Shown here one piece after another: positions 59,443 to 64,000 of a DNA stretch of 64,000 bases (position 1 is the stretch's first letter; every line of letters begins with the position of its first letter). A program made the translations under genes and the position numbers. The notes beneath the pieces are model-generated. The model did not search any database. It had not been told where the DNA came from and saw only the letters and a list, made by a program, of their open reading frames with translations. Source of the stretch: Salinispira sp. (GTDB lineage Bacteria; Spirochaetota; Spirochaetia; DSM-27196; Salinispiraceae); the NCBI GenBank assembly GCA_965602015.1, contig OZ271918.1:832001-896000 (forward strand). The letters are read 5' to 3'.

Positions 59443-61260
59443 CTAGGTCTTGAACTGCCCGAAGCGATCCTGTAGTTCAACGACAATACTGCTCAGCTCC
59501 TGAGAACGGGCAAGCAGACCTTTCATTGCGGAAACGATTTCTTCAGCGCCTTTTGAGGATTCCGTCATTCCGCTGCTGACCCGCTCCGAAACCTGGCTGA
59601 TCACTGCCGAGTTATCCATCATCAGTTTCGTGCCGTTTTTGATTTCATTCGAGCCGTTCCTGATCGTCACCGTGACCTCGCTAATTTCGTTTGTGGAATC
59701 GAGGATTTGGCGCCCCCCGGTATTAAGTTCGGTAACTGCCTGCTCAATTTCTGCAAAAGCATTAATTGTATCCTCCACCTCGCTGGAGATTCGTTCAAAT
59801 GCGCTGGTTGTTTGAATGACATTTTGGTCAGTTTCCAGGACTGAATTGGTAATGTCGCTTATAGTCTGTGAAATGCTTTGTGATGATCTCCCTGCGGAAT
59901 CCGCCAGTTTGCGGATTTCCTCAGCAACTACGGCAAACCCTCTTCCCGAGTCTCCCGCATGCGCGGCTTCGATGGCCGCATTCATCGACAGCAGGTTAGT
60001 CTGAGAGGCTATATCGTTGATTGTCGATGCCATTTCCTGAATTCGCCGGATGTGATCTACCACTGATTTGAATGTACCGCTCGTTTGCTGGATTAATGCC
60101 TTACCTTCATCGGCGACTCTGCTCAGGGCTTTTGTGGTTTCCCGCTTATTTTGAGCAACTTCAGTAACGCTGTTGAGGGAGGCTATCATCTCGGTGATTG
60201 CGGCAGTGGATTCTTCCACCATTGCCGATTGATTTATTATTTGCTCATCTACTGAAGTCATATTTGCCGTGACTTCCTCGATAGCGCTCACGGTTTCGCT
60301 GATGCTGCCGTCCAAAACATCCATCTGATCTCTGATAGAACCCAGATTAGCGCTTATCTGATCAATGGCCGATGATGTTTCTTCAGTGGACTCCCCAATG
60401 CTTATTCTGATCATATCGGTGCGTCCGATAATTTTTTTTAATTCCTCCATTAGGACCCTGAGGGTCGAAACGAAGCTGTTGAAGGATTCCGCGACTTGAC
60501 CAGTTTCATCGCGGCTGATTACTTCGAGCTTCTTGGTGAGATCCGCATCACCTGAGGCGATCTCTTTTAAGGATCCGGCAATTCTGCTGATGGGCAAGCT
60601 GATCCGTTTGCTCACGAAATACACGATTAGGGAAACAGCGACAAGAATTCCCACTGCGACGACGAGTTGGATAACAGTATTTTGGATTATTGAATCATCA
60701 ATTAAGGCAAAGATTTCAGCTTCCGGTATACCAATAAACAGTATGCCGATAACCTCGCCGCGGTTAGAGAGTATGGGATCGTAGGCGGTCAGGTAGGGTA
60801 TTCCCAGAATCATGGCTTCACCGATGAAGGTCTGCCCATCAATCACCGTCGGGTATGCTGCAGAGTCCTCGCCAAGGTAGGTTCCGACCGCTCGGGAGTC
60901 ATCTTCGAGCCGTATGTTGGTAGTTAAACGAATAAAATCATTGCCCTCCCGCCCGAAAACTGTGGCTGCAATCCGGTAGTCCTCGAGAATGCCGTCTACA
61001 AAGCGATGGTTATTTCCTATCTTGCTGCCATTGGAGTCATACAGTCCGTCCCGTTGCAGTTCTACCTGGCCAAATTCTTGAGAGAATCTCGCCCTGGCGG
61101 AGACGAGGTCCGATTCGAGCATCCAGCTTAAGGTTGAATCAGTGACATCGTGTCCGACGCCGTTCATTCCAATAATTGCCAAAGTTACCAGCGCCGCGGT
61201 GACGCTTGCCAATCCGATGAACAGTAAGAGAGTAATTTTTGCCTGGATACCGATTTTCAT
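59443..61260 (-). CDS. Cache_3-type methyl-accepting chemotaxis protein
   Basis: [47 protein letters not shown]. Confidence 0.93.
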   Translation of the reverse strand: MKIGIQAKITLLLFIGLASVTAALVTLAIIGMNGVGHDVTDSTLSWMLESDLVSARARFSQEFGQVELQRDGLYDSNGSKIGNNHRFVDGILEDYRIAATVFGREGNDFIRLTTNIRLEDDSRAVGTYLGEDSAAYPTVIDGQTFIGEAMILGIPYLTAYDPILSNRGEVIGILFIGIPEAEIFALIDDSIIQNTVIQLVVAVGILVAVSLIVYFVSKRISLPISRIAGSLKEIASGDADLTKKLEVISRDETGQVAESFNSFVSTLRVLMEELKKIIGRTDMIRISIGESTEETSSAIDQISANLGSIRDQMDVLDGSISETVSAIEEVTANMTSVDEQIINQSAMVEESTAAITEMIASLNSVTEVAQNKRETTKALSRVADEGKALIQQTSGTFKSVVDHIRRIQEMASTINDIASQTNLLSMNAAIEAAHAGDSGRGFAVVAEEIRKLADSAGRSSQSISQTISDITNSVLETDQNVIQTTSAFERISSEVEDTINAFAEIEQAVTELNTGGRQILDSTNEISEVTVTIRNGSNEIKNGTKLMMDNSAVISQVSERVSSGMTESSKGAEEIVSAMKGLLARSQELSSIVVELQDRFGQFKT

Positions 61261-61353
61261 TCAGCCCTCCGATTCGTGAAAACGACTAGAAGTCTAATTG
61301 TAGTTCACGCGATAATCGGCTGCAAACCGCATGTCGAAAAGAAATGGCACACA

Positions 61354-61447
61354 TCAGACCGGAAGAGAAGTACATATTGAAAGCACTGGAGAAATGGCAG
61401 GCTGACTATTAATACCACCAGATGTGGACGGTTCCGGCGGAATCGGC
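61354..61447 (+). repeat. 94-bp direct repeat, right copy
   Basis: Matches 59322-59415. Confidence 0.9.
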
Positions 61448-62701
61448 GGCGAGAAGGCCCCGTTCTCCGTACGAAAGGTTTGAGCTGAGGGTGCCGTTGA
61501 GGTTGTACCTCCAAACTACCCTGTGACCCCTCCGCGTCAGGGTGAGTGCTTCGATTCTGTCCCGACGCTGAACCGGGAGAATTAATTCAGCATTTCCAAT
61601 GCGGTCAACAGGCGCTATAAGCGCGTCTCCCAGATTTGCGGATCTGATTGCGTGGCTGGAGTACCCGGGTATGCTGTACATGATGTTCAGGTTTTCATCG
61701 TAGTATTCAACAACTCCGCCAATATGCGGGGTCCTCACGGCGGCCACCAGATGCTCGGAGTTTGGACCCAACGGTCCTGCCCCGATAAGATGCCTCCAGC
61801 GAAAACCCCTGCCTACCGGCACGCCTTCGGCTGCGGTTTCCAGGGAAAAGTCGAAGGCGGCAAGGCGGGCGCCCTGGCTCCGATTAGCCAGAACGGTAAT
61901 GATTTCGTAGTTCCCGTCCTGGCCCAAATCGCTGATGAGAACACCCCGTTCCTCCGCAACATCATCGCCGAAGGAAATCGAACGGGTCCCGCGGTTGGAT
62001 ATCAGGGTTAGTCCGCCGGCCTCGATGTTATTTCCCAGGACGGCATGGGCATACTCCGAGGTGGGCTGTGAAAGGTAGGCCAGGGTGTTTTCAGGGCCTA
62101 CGGCAATGTGGCCGTCGGCGAGGGGCGTTTCCTCAAAGGGAAACGCCCAGCGGCTATTATCTCCGGCGTCGGCCAATGGCATGGGCAGCAGGGCTGCGGC
62201 GGGGTACTCACCTGTTCCGAGGAGGCTGACATTATGAGTCTGGCCGTCGACAAAAACCGTGAGGCTTGATGCATCACCGCGTACGGATGGGAGACTCCCA
62301 ATGCCGACTTCCCCGTCTTGCAGCCACAACCAGGAATGTGTGCCATCGCTGAACTGGAGAATCCAGACGGCATCGGCTTGTAGGGGGACGGTATCGATTA
62401 CAAGATTTTGAGGAATTGCGACGGCCCATACAACGGCTTTTTCTATAGTAATTGTTGACCGCTGCATCTCAACAAGGGGAACCTCCCAAACGGCCAGACG
62501 ATTTCCATCGGCCCCCCGGTCGGCCTGAATAAACCGCGGCATGGCCGCCGGGGCAGAAACAGAGTCATCTCCACCTTGCACAACGAAAGGACGCCGCTGA
62601 TCCGCTTCGCCTTCAGTCCATCCGGGCTGACAGAGACTTACCAGCAGGAACAGGAGAAGGGATTGTGCACGTAGACTAACCTGTCGGATAGGTGGGTTCA
62701 T
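61409..62701 (-). CDS. Secreted hypothetical protein with FG-GAP/VCBS-like motifs
   Basis: Signal-like N-terminus; SDLGQDGNYEII; PT.EYAHAVLG; RTPHIGG. Confidence 0.65.
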   Translation of the reverse strand: MNPPIRQVSLRAQSLLLFLLVSLCQPGWTEGEADQRRPFVVQGGDDSVSAPAAMPRFIQADRGADGNRLAVWEVPLVEMQRSTITIEKAVVWAVAIPQNLVIDTVPLQADAVWILQFSDGTHSWLWLQDGEVGIGSLPSVRGDASSLTVFVDGQTHNVSLLGTGEYPAAALLPMPLADAGDNSRWAFPFEETPLADGHIAVGPENTLAYLSQPTSEYAHAVLGNNIEAGGLTLISNRGTRSISFGDDVAEERGVLISDLGQDGNYEIITVLANRSQGARLAAFDFSLETAAEGVPVGRGFRWRHLIGAGPLGPNSEHLVAAVRTPHIGGVVEYYDENLNIMYSIPGYSSHAIRSANLGDALIAPVDRIGNAELILPVQRRDRIEALTLTRRGHRVVWRYNLNGTLSSNLSYGERGLLAADSAGTVHIWWY

Positions 62702-63247
62702 TTATGTATCCTTTGTATGATTTCTAAAAACTTGTGACACATTTGAGTAGTCGTTTTCGATTCCCTTTTCATCGAGAATCTGCGCGATTGCTCCCCGGTG
62801 ATGGGTCTGATGGTTAAATACATGGATGAGGCAATGGCCAAAATACCAGGTTCGCGGTCGACCCTTTGCTTTAAATAGTTCTACCGATTTTCCCAGAATA
62901 TCCTCTCCTGTATGCTCTACAAGCCGAACGAAGATTTCATCCACGGAAATTTCATGATCTATCAAGCTGGTCAAATCCTTATATAAAAGATTGCCTTTGC
63001 CTGGGTGCTCAAATTCCAAAGCAGGATTATTTAGGATCGGTATATCCAGATCTTTGCAATCGCGAAAGGAGGAAAGCCAGTTCAGGTTCCCGAGCAGGAT
63101 GTGGTTGAGTAACCCTAGAATCGAACCATAGTATGAACCGCAGTATTCCGTGAGCAGGTTAACTTCTTCTTCTTGAAGCAACTGAAACAGTCGCTGGTTC
63201 ACCGCTTGATTGTATCGTGCCATAAGCAATACAGCATCTTTAATCAT
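62702..63247 (-). CDS. DinB family protein
   Basis: MARYN, GSILGLLNHI, HVFNHQTHHRG. Confidence 0.9.
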   Translation of the reverse strand: MIKDAVLLMARYNQAVNQRLFQLLQEEEVNLLTEYCGSYYGSILGLLNHILLGNLNWLSSFRDCKDLDIPILNNPALEFEHPGKGNLLYKDLTSLIDHEISVDEIFVRLVEHTGEDILGKSVELFKAKGRPRTWYFGHCLIHVFNHQTHHRGAIAQILDEKGIENDYSNVSQVFRNHTKDT

Positions 63248-63296
63248 GATTCGAACCTCCGTGTTGCGGCTTCATTCTACTATACCTTCACGTACA

Positions 63297-63791
63297 TCAC
63301 TGCCAGCATACCCGACTTTCATCCCAGCGGTCGACGAATTTATTTCCGGCCCCATCTGCAAATCCGAACGGGATTACGGCATACACCGAATCCTGGAGTC
63401 CAAGAATTGATTTAACCAGCTCTTCCCGCTCGGCCTCGGGATACACCCCAAGCCAGACGGCGGATAAGCCTTCTTCCACAAGCTGCAGCAGCATGTTTTG
63501 CACGCAGGCACCCAGATCCTGTTGCCAGTTTTGGGGGTACTTCAGACTCGTGATATCTGCATGGACGACGATGGCTGCCGGTGCTGTTTTTAAGGCCGCT
63601 GCATAGGGACTCATACCCGAGAGATCATCGAGGGTCTGGCGCCTGCGAACCACCACGAATTTCCAGGGCTGCTGGTTGCCCGCAGACGGCGCCTGCATTC
63701 CGGCCCGCAGTATTTCCTCAATGCACTGTGGCTGAGGCTCTTGTGCGGTAAACTTCCTCACCGACCTGCGTATTCGTATTGCTTCAATCAT
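63297..63791 (-). CDS. Nitroreductase family protein
   Basis: RRSVRKF, APSAGNQQPWKF, QNMLL. Confidence 0.92.
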   Translation of the reverse strand: MIEAIRIRRSVRKFTAQEPQPQCIEEILRAGMQAPSAGNQQPWKFVVVRRRQTLDDLSGMSPYAAALKTAPAAIVVHADITSLKYPQNWQQDLGACVQNMLLQLVEEGLSAVWLGVYPEAEREELVKSILGLQDSVYAVIPFGFADGAGNKFVDRWDESRVCWQ

Positions 63792-63851
63792 GTCATCATC
63801 CTTTTGCCCTATTCGCTTGCATGCCGATGACCGCCGAAATAATCGAATACA

Positions 63852-64000
63852 TCAGCTGCCCGTCGATGCATAGTATCTCATGCCTATCCGCCACATCCCA
63901 ATGCCTACCGCCAAAAAGAGTCCCCCGGCTGCCGGCGCGATATAGGCCAGCCACTGGGGCAAACCGGCGGTCTCAGGACGCTCCATCAAAATGGCAAAGG
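63852..64000 (-). CDS. 3' end of an ABC-2 family (DUF990-like) permease, partial
   Basis: Manual translation ...APAAGGLFLAVGIGMWRIGMRYYASTGS*; the Y.STGS terminus is typical of the family. Confidence 0.7.
   Translation of the reverse strand, partial: FAILMERPETAGLPQWLAYIAPAAGGLFLAVGIGMWRIGMRYYASTGS

Noticed and set aside
61305..61345. Sigma28 promoter for the MCP (GCCGATTA on the minus strand)
   Set aside because: A plausible -10 but no TAAA -35 at the expected spacing
1..64000. tRNA, rRNA, IS elements, prophage or defence systems
   Set aside because: No supporting motifs recognised by eye; a covariance-model or HMM scan would be needed to exclude them fully

Overview
A moderately GC-rich bacterial chromosomal window, most likely from a free-living Spirochaetaceae member. 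That assignment is inferred from protein style (MCPs, an 'LFAAGGAE' signal peptide), not proven. Contents in order: a Cu P-type ATPase with a C-terminal HMA domain; a sugar cluster (GH3, TetR, pgl-zwf, SASA esterase, kdgK-eda-IclR); an RNase D-like nuclease; an AT-richer ABC exporter insert; an HcpR-type Crp/Fnr regulon with hcp; arsR-acr3-arsC; a PAS kinase and receiver; cls; three MCPs; a CHASE2 adenylate cyclase divergent from a secreted protein / putative beta-barrel / FecR trio; and an extracytoplasmic redox cluster. These are followed by a ribonucleotide reductase super-operon under tandem NrdR boxes and a cobalamin riboswitch, which combines a Chlamydia-type class Ic (Mn/Fe) NrdAB with a glutaredoxin-fused class III NrdD plus NrdG, and by a zinc-uptake locus (COG0523, Fur/Zur, a Cys/His-rich RHH regulator, ZnuABC). 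No rRNA, tRNA, transposase, integrase or CRISPR array was recognised. Top leads are the RNR operon, the cyclase-FecR-barrel module, the RHH metal sensor, a probable internal CopZ start inside copA, a 94-bp duplication flanking an inserted MCP, and recurrent leaderless regulator genes. No database searches were run; all calls come from motifs read by eye.
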